A stretch of 61,426 nucleotides of DNA, filler included, from Dugesia japonica (Eukaryota): NCBI GenBank assembly GCA_001938525.1. It is 5 parts of 5 records of this genome, joined end to end, with 100 filler letters (N's around TTAATTAATTAA, not from the genome) between each part and the next. Parts side by side here need not be neighbours in the genome. Positions count along the whole stretch, not along the records: positions 26,041 to 40,693 come from MQRL01622046.1; positions 40,794 to 52,169 come from MQRL01519543.1; 3 more parts are not named here. The stretch is one strand, 5' to 3'. Position numbers and translations under genes: made by a program. Shown piece by piece: positions 26,041 through 41,564 of this stretch; positions within the stretch are counted from its first letter, which is position 1, and every line of letters starts with the position of its first letter. Under the pieces are notes generated by a model. The model saw only the letters and a program-made list of their open reading frames with translations, made no database searches and was not told where the DNA came from.

Positions 26041-27645
26041 TGAACAGATGCATTTTTGGAAGCACTAAAATCTAAAATATGTTTATTATTTGGTAAATTT
26101 TTTTTATTTTAAACTCCAGTTCAAATTATTTCCTTTTAATTACTTATGAATAAAATATATAGTTTACACTTTATTCATTTAAATACCTAAATTAATACAT
26201 TAATTAATCGGGTCAATTAATAAGCCAAATGTTCATATACCCAACAAATCTCTTATGTGACATGTTCTTAATATGTAATTTAAATTCTTTAATTTCTAAA
26301 ATAACAATAAAAGATTTATTCTATTTCAGAAATAAACTATTAATAATAAAATAATTGTAATTAATATTACCATTATTTATTTTTATATATTTATTAAATT
26401 GCAAAAAGTCAACATGTTCATTTTATATTATGATCCTTATTACATACACACGCAATTTTCTGAACATATGCAATCACATATTTATTCAACATAAATACTT
26501 GAAATGGAATATATTTGACGGATAGAAATAATTGTGGGTAGTATTTCTGTTGAAGTTAATTTAAAGAAGTTATGCGCAAGTCAAGAGAAAACGAATTTTA
26601 AAAAATATGCCAACACAATTATCAAATCAAAATCACAGCGGAAAATACGCTAAATATATTTTCTACAATATCTCAAATGAACTAATTTTTCTAAAAAATA
26701 TGTTAATTTAAAATTAATTCCGCTAAACCTTTTCTACTGAAAATACTAAAACTAATTTATTCGAGTTGTTTCCAACTTCGCTTCGAAAAATTTTATTTCG
26801 AGTTTCCCGTTTCCGTTGGTCACACTTAATGAAAGAAAAACTATCCGCCTACAATATAGCAAATTAAATTTACATTAATTATATTTATAAATCTTCTAAG
26901 TAATATCAGATTTTCAAAATATAATGTGAGAAATGCTTTTAATTTTAATAGAATGTGGTCATATTTTATTCACAGCTTTAGTATATTTTTCAGTTCGACA
27001 AACTTGATGCAATCATAAAGTTAATTTGATTATAAACACATTAAATAAAAATTCATTAAGCCTAAAAAATACTAAAATTTTAACAAATTGTTTTGATTTC
27101 ACTAGTCCATGAAAAATTTCAATATATAGAATTGATTTTCAATATTATTATTATTCGACACATTTTAATATTGGAACAAAACCGTGTTTCTACATTACCT
27201 TTTCAAACGTTTCGCAATATACCCATTATAAATTATACTAAAACCTACTATAATTCAATATACTAGTAAAGTGTTTTCAAAATGTTCTTATATGAATAGT
27301 TATATGATACGGTTTAATTATATTAGGAGATTGAAATTTACCGACATATTGTTAAAAATTTCAAATAATTGGCAAACAAATGAAGGTAAAAATTCTTACA
27401 ACCAACTTAATAGAGTTCGCTATAGTATATTTAAAATACATTGTATATTGATAACTACTAAATTTAAATTCTATATTACAATTTCAAATGACATGAAAAT
27501 TGAAGTGTTTTCGATGGTTGTTTTAGTTCTTAACTATCAACTGATTGATTTATCATTTTTAGTAATTTTTAATAAGTATGTTTCATGCCCCCGCGGGAAC
27601 ATGTTAATAAAAGTAAATTCTTATTAAATACAGGTCATTATCAAA

Positions 27646-27673
27646 TAATAATAATAATAATGATGAAGATGAA

Positions 27674-27709
<36 letters not shown>

Positions 27710-27924
27710 NNNNNNNNNNNNNNNNNNNNNNNNNNNNNNNNNNNNNNNNNNNNNNNNNNNNNNNNNNNNNNNNNNNNNNNNNNNNNNNNNNNNNNNNNNN
27801 NNNNNNNNNNNNNNNNNNNNNNNNNNNNNNNNNNNNNNNNNNNNNNNNNNNNNNNNNNNNNNNNNNNNNNNNNNNNNNNNNNNNNNNNNNNNNNNNNNNA
27901 TAATAATGATAATAATAATAATAA
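27646..27924. repeat. Compound (AAT)n/(GAT)n microsatellite containing a gap
   Basis: Direct inspection; source of the spurious poly-M and poly-H ORFs. Confidence 0.92.
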
Positions 27925-28783
27925 TTTGTTAGATTTTTAATAGAAACTAATAGAAACTTAAATAGTACAAAACGCATAAAAAATCCAATCGAATGAATAA
28001 TATTAAGCACAGTGATGACGTATCTATTTTCAATCCATAATTATCCACCATTATACTTAATACAATACTTTACAAATAAAAATAACTCATTTATTTTATA
28101 AATAATAGAATAAAATGAATTTTTCAAAAAAATTTCATAGGTTTCGTCTAATTGTTTATTATATTCCATGTAAATTTCAAGGTTTCACCAATTTATTAGA
28201 TCCCTAAAGGGTTTCTTTTAATGATAATAATAGAAAAATTGATACGTGCTCAAAATAAGGGCGGCATTTTCAAATAATTATCTTTCAATCACTCATTTTC
28301 TGCGATTTACTTATAATCAAATTAAAATAAATTTATAACATAATTTATAAATTATATAACATAATTCATAATATAATTCATGACATATTATAAAAAATGA
28401 TAATGAATTCAGTTTCTATTTGAAACAGGAAAAAAAGAAATCAAAGCATATAATACTTATATACAAAATGAAATACAATTTTATTTTTCAAGATATTAGT
28501 TGAAGAATTTTTTTTTAAATATTAAAGAAATAATTACAAAAAATATTATTTTAAAAAAATAAACAACTAGTTTCCAAATACAAAAAGTAGATATTAGTGA
28601 TTTTAAAATATTTAAGTAGTAGCCAAACTTTACAGAGGAACTTTTATAATATTTACACGAAATTTCCAAAAACTTCAAAGTGGAAAACATCTAGTTATTC
28701 AACAAGATCTTTAACAGTGTTTTCAATTGGAAATATTTATATGCTAAAATTAAATATAAAACTATTACGATATACAACTAGAC

Positions 28784-29217
<434 letters not shown>

Positions 29218-30959
29218 TTAGAAAAAATTGATTTTCGCATACAGTAACATTTAAAACAATAGTATTTAGATATCTGTGCTATTGTTAGAAGACTGTTTAA
29301 CAATCATAAGATTTATTAAGGAAAATCTAGAAAAGGAGAAATAAATATATGTAATTATGATTATAGCAATCAATATACCTGATTCAGCAACCAAACACTG
29401 ATCTATTATGCAGCATTTTATACATTTGAACTCACAGTCAAATATTAATTATGCAACATACAATTTTAATAATTATTTATAATATAATTCAATAACCATA
29501 GAGTTAGAATTAATAATAAATAAAATTTATAACGAATAAATGTAGCAATAATATTTCTATTAAATGAAAGTAAAATCATACAAAAAGTGTACTCATTAGT
29601 TTTGATTAGTGTGAAGAATGTATTTTCAAAAATAAAATAAATGAAATAAAATTTTTTTTTAAAAAAATCCAATAATAAAAGCCAAGACCGTTTAATTTTT
29701 CCAATTTAACTTAGAACTTCATTTAACTATTTATATAAAGAAGACACTGTTGACCGACTCTATATATAAATATATCGAAATATTCTAAACTTTGAATATA
29801 ATTATTAAATTAACAGAAAATTGATGTTATTTAATTAAAAATTAACTAATAAAATAAATATAATTTACGAAAGACAAGGAAGACGAATAATTCTATACTA
29901 AAATTGTAATATGATTAAAATTATTATTAAGCAACTTATTATTATTATATTAATTTAGTAATTTAAAGTTATAATTAATTAAAATTCTCCACACAATAAA
30001 AATATGTTAATAAATTAGATTTAAAAAAATATTTAACTTCATTATTTGTGCGAATAATAATTTTCTGATCAAATTTGAAAACTTCCAGCACTTAAAATAA
30101 TCCTTCAAATTTTTGTTTTAATTATATTTTATTAGTAAAATCGTTTAGATCATGATGGGCAAACCACGACATGCTTAAAGGCCCAATATGGCTCGCTGTG
30201 CAGTTTTAGTAATATGGTAGAAATTGATATAATTAAAATAAGATAAGTGAATATCTATTTATTAAAAATGCAATGACTTTCAGTTAAATTAACATTGTTT
30301 GATAAGAATATAATTATAAAAATTTATTTGAAATTGCTTTAAAAACTATTTAGTATAATAAAGTCTTGTTAAAATGACAAATATACTCTAGTGCTCTTAA
30401 TTAATTTTAAATAAAATATATTTTCTAAAAATTTTTTTTACTTTTTTTCATAGACCAGCTCCTAGAAAGATTTTCACATTACTGATAAAATAAATTTCCC
30501 TATTTAAAGTAAATACAATAAAATGTTTTAATAAATTTATTTATTGATAATTTCATATTTATGTTAAAAACAATGGTAAAAATTTTTAAAATGCCATTTA
30601 AAATACAATATTTTATTAATGTAATATATTTCGATCGATCAACTATAATCATCAGGCGAAATGTAATATTTAATATTTAAATTAATATTCAATTAAATTT
30701 AATAACATTTAATTTTAAAATATTTTCTTTAATAAACTATATTTTAAAATAAAGAAATTGCGTATATTTTTTCACACCATAACAATATTTAAAGCAGACT
30801 TAGTTAAAATATCTTTACATCTTATATACAACATTAAGTTTCCATATCAAATTAATAAATTAACGAAAAATAACAATAAATTATTTTATTAAATTAAAGC
30901 TTCGATTTCATTAAAATAAAAAGCTTCGATCAAAATTTGATCGAAGCTTTTTCTTTATT

Positions 30960-33200
30960 TTAATGAAATCTCAAATGTGATCAATGCTTAAGTCCAACAA
31001 TTATTCTGGCAATAATTGTAATTATAAAGCTTCCATATTTTTGTTTTTTATTTATTTTTTAAAATGTTTTAGTTGTTAGTATTTCGAATAAAAATTGTTA
31101 TTAATTTATAATGAAATTGATATTTAAAATTTACATTTGTTGTTTAAATTTTATTTAGAAAATCACAATAATCAAAAAATACTTAAAAGTACGAATGTTT
31201 AGTAAGCACGTGATCTATTTAACAACAAATAGTTCATTTCTAATTATATCACAAAATAGATCTTGAAATCTGCTCAAATAATTTAACATGGTGTATATAG
31301 AATATTTTTATAAATAATGTTGATATGAAGGATTTTAACGCATAATATTTTTCTTTAACTGTTTTATTATGCAATAATGAAGTAATTGCTCGATAAATAA
31401 GATCAAATATTGCAACATGAAAATCATTTAGAAATAATAAAATTAATTATATTATTTCATATTGTCATTGTTTCACATTTTAAAATATATTTCCAGGCAG
31501 TCAATAATGCAATTACTTGAAAGTTACAATTTACTTGAATGTGTTAACATCAATAAATCACAATATTTAATACTAAAATCTAATAACTAAATAGTGATTA
31601 TCATTATCTGGGCATGGAACATCAAAGTGTTAATAACATCTTCAAGAATTAACTTGGTATTCTAACTGACATTCATTATCACATTTCTAAGGTGTTTCTT
31701 GACAAATATGATATTACCAAAATCTGTAAATTGAACAAACCAAATATAATCTATTTCGATATTGGGTTGATGCAAAATTTCCTTTCACGAGAGATATGTA
31801 AAATTTAAGACGTCATTTATAAACAGTTTCATCTTAATCAAATAACAGTAAAGTTTATTGTAGATATATTTCTAAAGAGATGGTTTTCCAAATAAAAATT
31901 TATAATATAATCAAAAATAATCCATATATCTGCAAATTATTATTAGAAAAATAAATTATTTTCTTTATTAAAATATAATGATTGCGGTGAAAAATCGATT
32001 GACAAGTTACAATTTAATTCGCAGTAATAAATTATGTATTATCAATAATATGAGTTTTAAGCTTTTCCCTTTATTATTTTATCACAATTATTTATCTTTT
32101 GATATTTTTTTATTAAAAAAAACTGGTTATAACTATACTGAAGAAAAATTTGTTTGTGACATTCAGCTACTCCTTCGAATTTCTACGCAAATAATTATTG
32201 CAAGATGCAATTATATCAGCAATGTCTATACTGAATTTTCCACTGTTATAAATAATTATTGCTTTAGGCTTCGTAATTAGTTTTCTTTTAATATCAATAT
32301 CAACCGTTTCATTTGTGAGATAGTCAGTTCATGCTTAGTTCAGCATTTTATGAATTTAAAATATTCATGTAATGAATGAATTTTATATTCATTGAAATAT
32401 TGATCCGAATATATTTATACAGTTTCATAGTTAAATACTGTGATATAAATTAATTTCGCTTGACTAAATCTTAAATAATACTATAATAGATAATATTTAA
32501 CAAGTGTAATACAAATCCTGGATAAAAATATTACTCATCAAAGTAAAAGCCATCAAATAAAACAAATGGTACAATTTATAGTATATATATATATATATAT
32601 ATATACTATAATATATACTATAATATATATATACTATATATATACTATTGATAAATAGTGTTAGAATATGAATGACATCAAATATACAATATCTATTAGA
32701 AATTACACAAATTTAGTAAAGTAAATAATTAGATATATTTCAAAAAGATTTTTAAAGAGTAATTGTGGTTGAAATTTCAGAAAAAAATTTAAAAAGTATT
32801 GGCATTTTACCGTAAAAGATAATCATAGATTATACAAGTTATGTGTATAATATCAAATATTTAAATTTATGTAGAAATAGGAATGAAATGGATAAAAACT
32901 AATAAAGAAATTAATGTGAAATTATTGATAAATGAGATTTGAAGTTTTGATTGAATTCTAAATTAATCAATTCTGTATTAACGCTGTAAAATTAGAGATA
33001 AAAATATGAAATATAAATATAATTATGGAAATTGATTTATCGGCAAATCAAAAGTATCTAGAACATCAGCTTTGAGAACTCATAATAGCAAAAGTAATAA
33101 AAGTATGAAAAAATGAAATCAAATTACAATAAGTTCTTTAGTAAAGATAAATTAAAGAAATTGAATGAAAGAAATATTTTATTGTTAATTCCTATACATG
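30960..33200 (+). mobile_element. Possible very old non-LTR (CR1/L2-like) remnant
   Basis: Only weak coding-like traces (e.g. YWVDAKFPF..RRHLYK, MEIDLSANQK..IIAKVIK). A related repeat at 18.8-19.0 kb includes an IINVYMP endonuclease-like motif. Confidence 0.25.
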
Positions 33201-34976
33201 TGTATATAAAATTAAAAACTGACCAAAGCAAACAATATAGTGCCGAGCTGAATTTTTCATACGTTATACAAGAAATAAGCTTTGAAAAATATAAACAAAT
33301 AAATATTTTATTTCATATTTATTCTAAATTTTAATAACTCAATTTTTTCAGGTCTTTTTTAATTCTCAAAAATCTACAACTTAAGTAATTCTATGCTGGC
33401 AAGATGCACAAGTGACAGCAGGAGCATGAGTGAGTACATTATGTTAAAAAGTTCATGAAATAATATAAAATACATTACTATTAATTACAATTGTCACATT
33501 TCCAAAAATAATGAAAAACGAAAGAAAAATAAAAGCCAGATTAAATTTGACTAAGAACTTTTAAGTTGTTAGAAACTAAAAAATACATATTAAAAAAGAG
33601 AGAATAGAAACTTAATTTCATCATTATCATTATTATTATTANNNNNNNNNNNNNNNNNNNNNNNNNNNNNNNNNNNNNNNNNNNNNNNNNNNNNNNAATT
33701 AAAACACATTTTTTGAATAATAGAGATTTTTTAAATGGACATACTTAACTTTCCTAACTAGTAATGTTTCTACTGAATAAATAAAAAATTGCGCTAGTAA
33801 ATAGCAATTAGAATCTCTTAATTATTCTTTTGAAAAATTCTCTTTGATTTAAAATTTCGAAGCATTTGGACAATGACTCATGAATGAATCGATTCATAAA
33901 TTGTTTCACAAATTGTACAATTAGAAACTGACACTTCTTCATTATTATATGTTTACAGACAATAATTTTATCTTTGTAACACAATTGAAAATTTTATTTA
34001 TTTCTTTATGCTATTTCTCTTAATCGCGATAGAAATTTCATTTATATTTGATGTTTTATTTGACTTTACATTTCGAGTGTAAAGTATTAATTTAGAATCG
34101 CTATCGTTTCACAACTTTAGGATAACATATCCCAGTGGAATTGATAATTATTCTAGGTCTTGGTTATGTAGTAGTAAAAATGTGATCGAATCTGTCTGAA
34201 ATTTGAATTTTTCAGTGAAAAGAAAGATTACAAATTGCCATTAGATTATTGAAAAAGTTTACATTTTATATTTAGAACACAGAGACTTTGTTATTATATA
34301 GTGAAACCAAAAAAGCGGAGATTTTGTAAAAGAAAAATTAAATAGACTGAATTTCTATTGATATTAAAAATAATCCAAATAATTTTCTTGTTAAAAAAAT
34401 GATTTAGTGAAAATGAAATTTTTTAGTGATCTGAATATTTTTAAAATATTCATACCATTATTATCTGAAAAAGGCTAGGTTTAACTAATTTCAACACCTG
34501 AAATTTGTAAAATTACATTAATGGAACATTCCTTAAAAATAATACAATAAATAATCAAAATAAATGAATTACTTTACAACGCTGTTTCTCAACAGCTGAT
34601 TTCCAAGAAAGTTTCAGTAGTCTGCAAAACAGACTTATTCATTATTATGCTTTTGTAAACAAAAAAAATTTTAACTAAACTTTTAATAACTTTTTTAATT
34701 TAATTCAAATTAATGTTATTTGTGCTTTTATTACATAAGATCATTGACTATCTACTTAAATCGTCATCTCCTCTGTAAATCAATAACGAGAAATCAATAG
34801 AAATTTATAGCGATTTTCTACAAATAAAATAAATGAATTTATTAGCAGATTAAATCTATTTGTTTTCATTAAAAATGTTTTATTACAATTATTAGTCCCC
34901 ATTAAGAATTATATATGTGTACGTGTGTGTGCATAATAATATTTCTCTCCAACACATTTCTTTAATAATTACTTAC

Positions 34977-35193
34977 TTAAATATGTTTCATCTGAAGGAG
35001 GAATAATGGAATATCCTGTTTGTTGCAACGCCTTTAAAACTACGACTAATGCAACTGAGCTGGCCTTGAATCGAAGATGCTGAGGTCTAATACATAATTC
35101 TTGATCACATGTATGCACCATTATATTTGTATCAGTACTGGACATTGGCATACCATGAAACATCATACCAACAATAGTATCCAGTCGCCATAC
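34977..35193 (-). CDS. NFI: Internal exon of a divergent Nuclear factor I (CTF/NFI) DNA-binding-domain gene
   Basis: AG|VWRLDTIVGMMFHGMPMSSTD..CDQELCIRPQHL..|GTAAGT matches NFI [32 protein letters not shown]. 217-nt open exon with canonical splice sites; no other exon identified. Confidence 0.82.
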
Positions 35194-36110
35194 CTTAATA
35201 AACAGTCATTTAATTTTTTTAGATTTAAAATATAAAACATCCATTTTTCAATTTGCAAATAAATAAATTATAAATTCAATATAAATAATTTTCATAATGG
35301 TATAAAACAGAAAAAGAAGCCCTATTTAATTTCAATTATTTGTTGTCAATATAAATGAAAAAAATAAATTACATTATAAAATATACCAATAAAATTTTAA
35401 TTCTTAAAATCTAATTGAATTTTTATATATTTGAAAGAAACTGGAAAAAATAATTTTATATTGGTTTTTTAATCATTATCTCTCTTTAAAGGGAAATAGA
35501 AAATTTACAGATTGAGAAAAAATATTTTCTTAATATTTTCTACCGCAGTAAATTTGAATTAGGTTATGTATTTTAATATTAAATTCAGCCATAATTGAAC
35601 ACTGAATCATTGGTTGATTAAGGATAAATTGATGTTTTTAAAGTTTTTGATTATTTTCATTTCTATTTTTTCTTACAAATCAATAATGAAAAATATTTCA
35701 ATTTCAAAATTGGAAAAAAAGTAAATAGCAAAGATAATGGATTAAATAAAATGAAAAGCATAAAAAGCTAAAATTAAGTATAAATAGTAAACATGAAAAA
35801 AATGGTTTTTAAAATTTCAATCAATTAAAAAGCTTAGATCAAATAATAGTTCACTTTTAAATAAAATATTAATATGAAGATTGCTAACAATATGAAATAT
35901 ATCATACATATTTTGAAGGACTAAGTTATTTATTTAAATATTAACAGTAGTTGAACAAAATTTAGATTTTCATATCATGGATATTTCACAGTATTTAATT
36001 TTTTATTTTATATTTTTTAAAATAATTCTATCATAATTCTATAATTCTAATCTTACTTTTATTAAAATTATTTTAAAAAATCTTATGAATTTTTAGTGAT
36101 ATATAAATTA

Positions 36111-36158
<48 letters not shown>

Positions 36159-37564
36159 CTATCAATTAATAAAAATTTCAAAATCAAATATATTTAAATT
36201 AAAGAAATCCTTTTTCATTAAATTGAAATGAAATATGAATTTGATAAAATAAAAATATAAATCACGCTTAAATTACGAAAATTTAGCTGCAGGTCATTTA
36301 TTACACATGTTCATGGAAAAAAAATCTTTATTTTATTAAATTTACACTATTTGTATTTTAAAATTTTGTATCATTGCAATTTACAATATTATACGAGTTT
36401 TTCTTAAATTTCTAACTTATACATTGGAAAAATTGATGAAAATGTAATTTTAACTGACTTTCCAATTTACATGGAAATTCCATATGTAAATCTTCACAAT
36501 TTAAAATAAATATCAATAAATTATTTATCAAACTAGTTTTTCTATTTAGTATTTCAAACATTGAAAATTTTCCTTTCTGTTTGATAATGCAAAGAGCTGT
36601 TTACATGAGTAAGAAATATTGCAAAAAAATTTTTTTTTCAATGAATCAGAAGATCTGTGTATTATTTTACAACAACAGTGGATAAGTTAGATGTTAGAAT
36701 ATCAATCTCTAAGGAATATAAATCCATAATTTTATTTTCACCATTATGTTTGCATTGAAGTTTATTATGTCGATAATAAATCGATATGTCGTTGCTTAAA
36801 TTTCAATATTTCTTTTATTAAAATATATTTTAATAATTTATAAATTTTATTTTTGAGTGAATATCAAACTTAAGAATATGATGATAAAATAAATAATATT
36901 TTCAGGTTCGATAAAAATATCTTTAAAAATATTCTATTCAAAATATAAAATATATTGGGTGCAAATTAAAATAAATATATAAACAAAATTGCTTTAAATT
37001 TCAAATTAATAATCCGCAAACCCTGTGTCGTGATTTAAAATTCAATCATAAGCAATTTTTATTGATTTTCATCCGAGTATATTGTTAATTGAAAAATTCA
37101 ATTTCCATTTAAAATGAAGAAATTTATTAATCTTTTAATTAATAAGAATCCTACCAAATTGATTTGAATTGATTGAAAGTTTTATTAATTAATATCACTC
37201 ACGATGTGATTCATGTTTATTAAGTGATTAAATGAAAATGTTAAAGCAAATAAATATATGCCACAAAATTACAGAAAATTATGAAAATAATCGTAACAAT
37301 ATTAATTATATTCTGAGAGAAAATTAAAAAATAAAAATTTACAAGATTCTGATATTTTCAAAGATATATTCAAATTAAAATTGAAAAGAAAATTTTCCAA
37401 AAAATTGGTTGGTTTTGATTATTTATGATTATTACGTATGATCACCGAGACATTTCCGAGCTCGTTCCGTATTCTGAAAAATTATGTAAATGCCACGATT
37501 ATCCAAAATTGTACCTATTTTATCACAATTTTACATGTAAACCTATTGAAATGTTATATATATA

Positions 37565-37870
37565 TCTTTAATATAATTACCCAATTCACTGACTGACTGA
37601 CTCACTCTAGAACGCTTATAAATTCTATTAAGCTAATAAATTTTAAGCTTATAAATATGTAGCTTATAATTTTTACTAAATTTAACAAATTTTAGGATTT
37701 TAAATTTTAAGCTTATAAATATTAAGGTTTTAAATCTGAAGCTTTAAAATACAAGCTTATTTCAAGAAAAATATTTCAAATATGCAAAAATTAAAATTTA
37801 TTTTTATTGTAATAAAAATAAATTGAATTGCCGTATTTTCCCATCGATAACGCCTGGGTTATCTATTCTA
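37565..37870 (+). mobile_element. Possible non-autonomous Helitron/Helentron-like element
   Basis: Follows (TA)n, has (GACT)n near the 5' end, AAGCTT-type subrepeats and a 3' CCCA..AACGCC.TGGG hairpin-like end. Degenerate. Confidence 0.3.
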
Positions 37871-38303
37871 TGAAGAGTATGAAGATAAAAATGACCAGTG
37901 AGCGAATAAATTTACCATTACCTTATGCGTCGCTTATTGTGATCACTGGTTATTATAATCAGCTGCTTTATAGAATCAAATTCAAAAGGGCCGTTTTTTC
38001 CACCTTACGGATTTGATATTTCCCATTTTCGATTAATATAATAACCGACCAATTTTAAATTGACAAACATGATCACAATAAGCGGTACTTACTGTATACT
38101 AGATGCATGTTATCTAAAAATGTAATAAAACAATAGATCCCCGATAGACATAAGATGCCCTTTATTAATGTGAAAGTACGGTACTTTTTATTTTTCTTGT
38201 GTTTATTTAAAGAATATCATTTTCAGAAATTTCGTATTTTTTTATTTTGTACCGATTGGTCAGGTTCAAAATATTGTCATGTTACTATTATTAGATTTAT
38301 TTA

Positions 38304-38341
<38 letters not shown>

Positions 38342-40468
38342 CATAATTTTTAGGGAGCGGGTTTCCATACCCATTATTAAGAACGATTTCTTTTTCTTCT
38401 AAAGAGAAAGATAAAACCTACAACCGTTAAGTACAATGATAATTTATAAACAATTAATACAATTAACAGTAAAAAAATCAATACAAGCTGACGGTTTCTT
38501 GATAAATGAGTTTAAATAAAACTGAAATAATCCCAACGAAATGTTTCTTAATAACTTGAAAAAATTCTGAATGTCGATAATGAATATTTTTAATTAAAAA
38601 TTAACTTCTAATTTAAAATAATAATACTAAGATTGAACAAAATATTGAAAATCTAATAACGCAATTGTCGTTGATAATGAGTATTTCTGGCTTCATTTTA
38701 ATTTTGGATCTATTTTACCAAGAATTAAAATAGTACCAAAAATTTAAAACTACTATAATATTTAACAAATTCGATATCATTACTCGTGGAACTGAAGTAT
38801 AGGTGGAAAAGTTAAGATCATTTTAAAAGATAAACTGCTTATTTTGAGTGCTTCAATAAATTTCTATTGATAAGATTGACTACCTCTTTCATAAATAAAT
38901 TTTTGGTTTCAAATAAGCCTTATTTCAAAGAAATTTAAAAGCTAAGTTTTTCAAATCTATTAAGAATGTTTTATTACCACGAAATAAACAAATAATATCT
39001 CTAATTAATGATCATTTTACCCATTAAAAAAGAGTTAAACTGATTTTCTGAAAATATATAGATATCATAATATAATATAACAAAATAATGACATTTATTA
39101 ATTTATAATGATNNNNNNNNNNNNNNNNNNNNNNNNNNNNNNNNNNNNNNNNNNNNNNNNNNNNNNNNNNNNNTAATAATCGAATATTTTATAAAACATA
39201 ATTGAGACAATGCCACAAAACATTCCTATCTTATGCAAATTTTAGCTAAAAGTTAAATTCAAAATAAATCGAGAAATTATTAAACATAAATTAATAGAAG
39301 TACTAAACATAAAAAATACTTAAAAAATTTTAAATTACAATTCATTTTCAACAAATTTCAAAATGCAAAATAAAAAAATATAAGTTCAAAAAAAACAGCG
39401 ATTTTTCTTCTATAAAATAATTAAAAGATTACGTGATATATCTGTTTTGTAAATACATTTCGCTGAAAACAATGTGTGCAAAATCAAATCTTTTTGAGAC
39501 ATCGGTGATAATTTTTCAGCGCTGTTTTTGAATAAAATAAATTGTAGGTAAGTTTAGAATTTTGAAATAGATAGTAGGAAAATTCGAGAAATTTTATGGA
39601 TAATTTTTCTTATACGACTAAGTAGAAAAAACATTGCGTATTTAAAATTTTAAATCAAAATTATGTTAGAAAACAGTTATTGACCGTAAAGTATATAATT
39701 GGTTACTCAAAACATCAAAGCAACTGTGGTTGTACAAAGCATTTTTTNNNNNNNTGAATAAACACTGTAAATTGGATATTGATTTCTAATTATAAAGTCA
39801 TTAATTTATCGATTTTAATTATTAATAATTATTTATTGATTTAATTAGATTAAAATCAATAAATTTAAGAAACACATAAAAACATGAAAATATCAGTGTT
39901 CGTAAAAAGTAATTCATAAACAAAAAATCATATCCATTATGATTTCATGTGATATAAAACTGAATAATTAATAAATTATTTATTTTACAAATTAATTCAA
40001 TTACTCAGTGCAAATGTCATGACGTGATCAAACATTTCAATTGAAAAATTTTGTACAATTTTTATACCCATTATCTTATAATTAATCATATTGTAATTTA
40101 TGTATAATTGATATGACATATTACTAATTAAAACAAAAACTGAGTTTTCGTTACAAATACAGAAGGTAAAGTATTTAAATGACAGAGAAGCTGTGTGGAA
40201 AATAATTTCAAAATGTCATGATAAAATTAGCAAATAAAACAAATATTCTTGATTTTCTTAATAAATAAATAGAATATTGAGAATAAACACTACATTTAAC
40301 TTATTTTATACCAATAGCATTTTAATGGAATAAAATAAATTTATTATTCTATGATTAATTTATTAACTCATTTTCACTGAAATGATCATTGCATTTACGT
40401 TAGAAACCAAGCATATATAATGATACTAACATATTATAATTTTATATATATATATGTGTGTGTGTGTG

Positions 40469-40693
40469 TGTAATGGATGTAATGTCACATACATTGGAGA
40501 GACTTCCCGTCATCTGTGTACAAGAATTCAAGAACATCGTCGAGTTGGTAGTGGAAGTAATATTTTTGAACATTGTAAATCAGTTATCAAGATAAATAAT
40601 TTTAAAATTTTGTGCAAACACTTTAAAGATTATTGGGAGAGAGTTGTGTGAAGCATTGATGATTAGATCAATTGATCCAAAAATTAATGTTCA
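40469..40693 (+). mobile_element. Penelope-like element GIY-YIG endonuclease fragment
   Basis: CNGCNVTYIGETSRHLCTRIQEH..IFEH..FKIL..EALMIRSIDPKINVQ. Confidence 0.9.
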
Positions 40694-40793
40694 NNNNNNN
40701 NNNNNNNNNNNNNNNNNNNNNNNNNNNNNNNNNNNNNTTAATTAATTAANNNNNNNNNNNNNNNNNNNNNNNNNNNNNNNNNNNNNNNNNNNN
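40694..40793. other. Artificial assembly spacer
   Basis: 44N-TTAATTAATTAA-44N. Confidence 0.95.
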
Positions 40794-40899
40794 AAACAAG
40801 CACCCAAGCGTATTTAATTAAAATTAATAATGTATGTTGAGAACATATTATTTTCATGTTTATTTTAAACTAAATTAAAAAACTCAAAATACATTGGAA

Positions 40900-40990
40900 A
40901 TTTTTTTATAAAAATAAATGAACGCAATTTCATAAAAAATATTTATTTACTGCAATTAATTTCGATGGAATAGCCATCATTGTTAGATGA
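40900..40990 (-). repeat. Penelope pseudo-LTR fragment with degenerate hammerhead motif
   Basis: Reverse complement matches 42080-42160 (GATGG CTATT CCATC GAAA TTAATT GCAGTAAATAAAT..). Confidence 0.75.
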
Positions 40991-41564
40991 GTTTTGAGAA
41001 CTCGGATTATCAACANNNNNNNNNNNNNNNNNNNNNNNNNNNNNNNNNNNNNNNNNNNNNNNNNNNNNNNNNNNNNNNNNNNNNNNNNNNNNNNNNNNNN
41101 NNNNNNNNNNNNNNNNNNNNNNNNNNNNNNNNNNNNNNNNNNNNNNNNNNNNNNNNNNNNNNNNNNNNNNNNNATCAAAATAAAATGTATTTGTAAAGAA
41201 ATTCAAATTTTTGACAATTGTCTTATTCAGGAATTTAAATTAAAACTTCGAAAAAATAAGAAAATAATTATCTGTTATCGAAATTTCATTTAAAAACTTT
41301 CACAAAATTTCAAACCAAAACATCACTCGCTACTAAAATATTTAATTTTTAATTTTAAAAATTTTGAAACTATATAAATATTCTTTCATAAAAGAAAATT
41401 TTAATTAATCCTAAACTACACATAATTTTCGTAGCAAAATTTAATTTAATTTATTTTAATTTCTTAATTAATTTGTGGCTTACAATTTATCAAATAAGAG
41501 ATTTTTAAAAAAATAATTCCCAATCAAAGCACAAAAATTTCCACTCGCTTCAAAACCACTAACA

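Noticed and set aside
34575-34625. Candidate next NFI exon (TTTTGCAG..GTAATT)
   Set aside because: Its phase does not match the NFI exon donor and gives an immediate stop.
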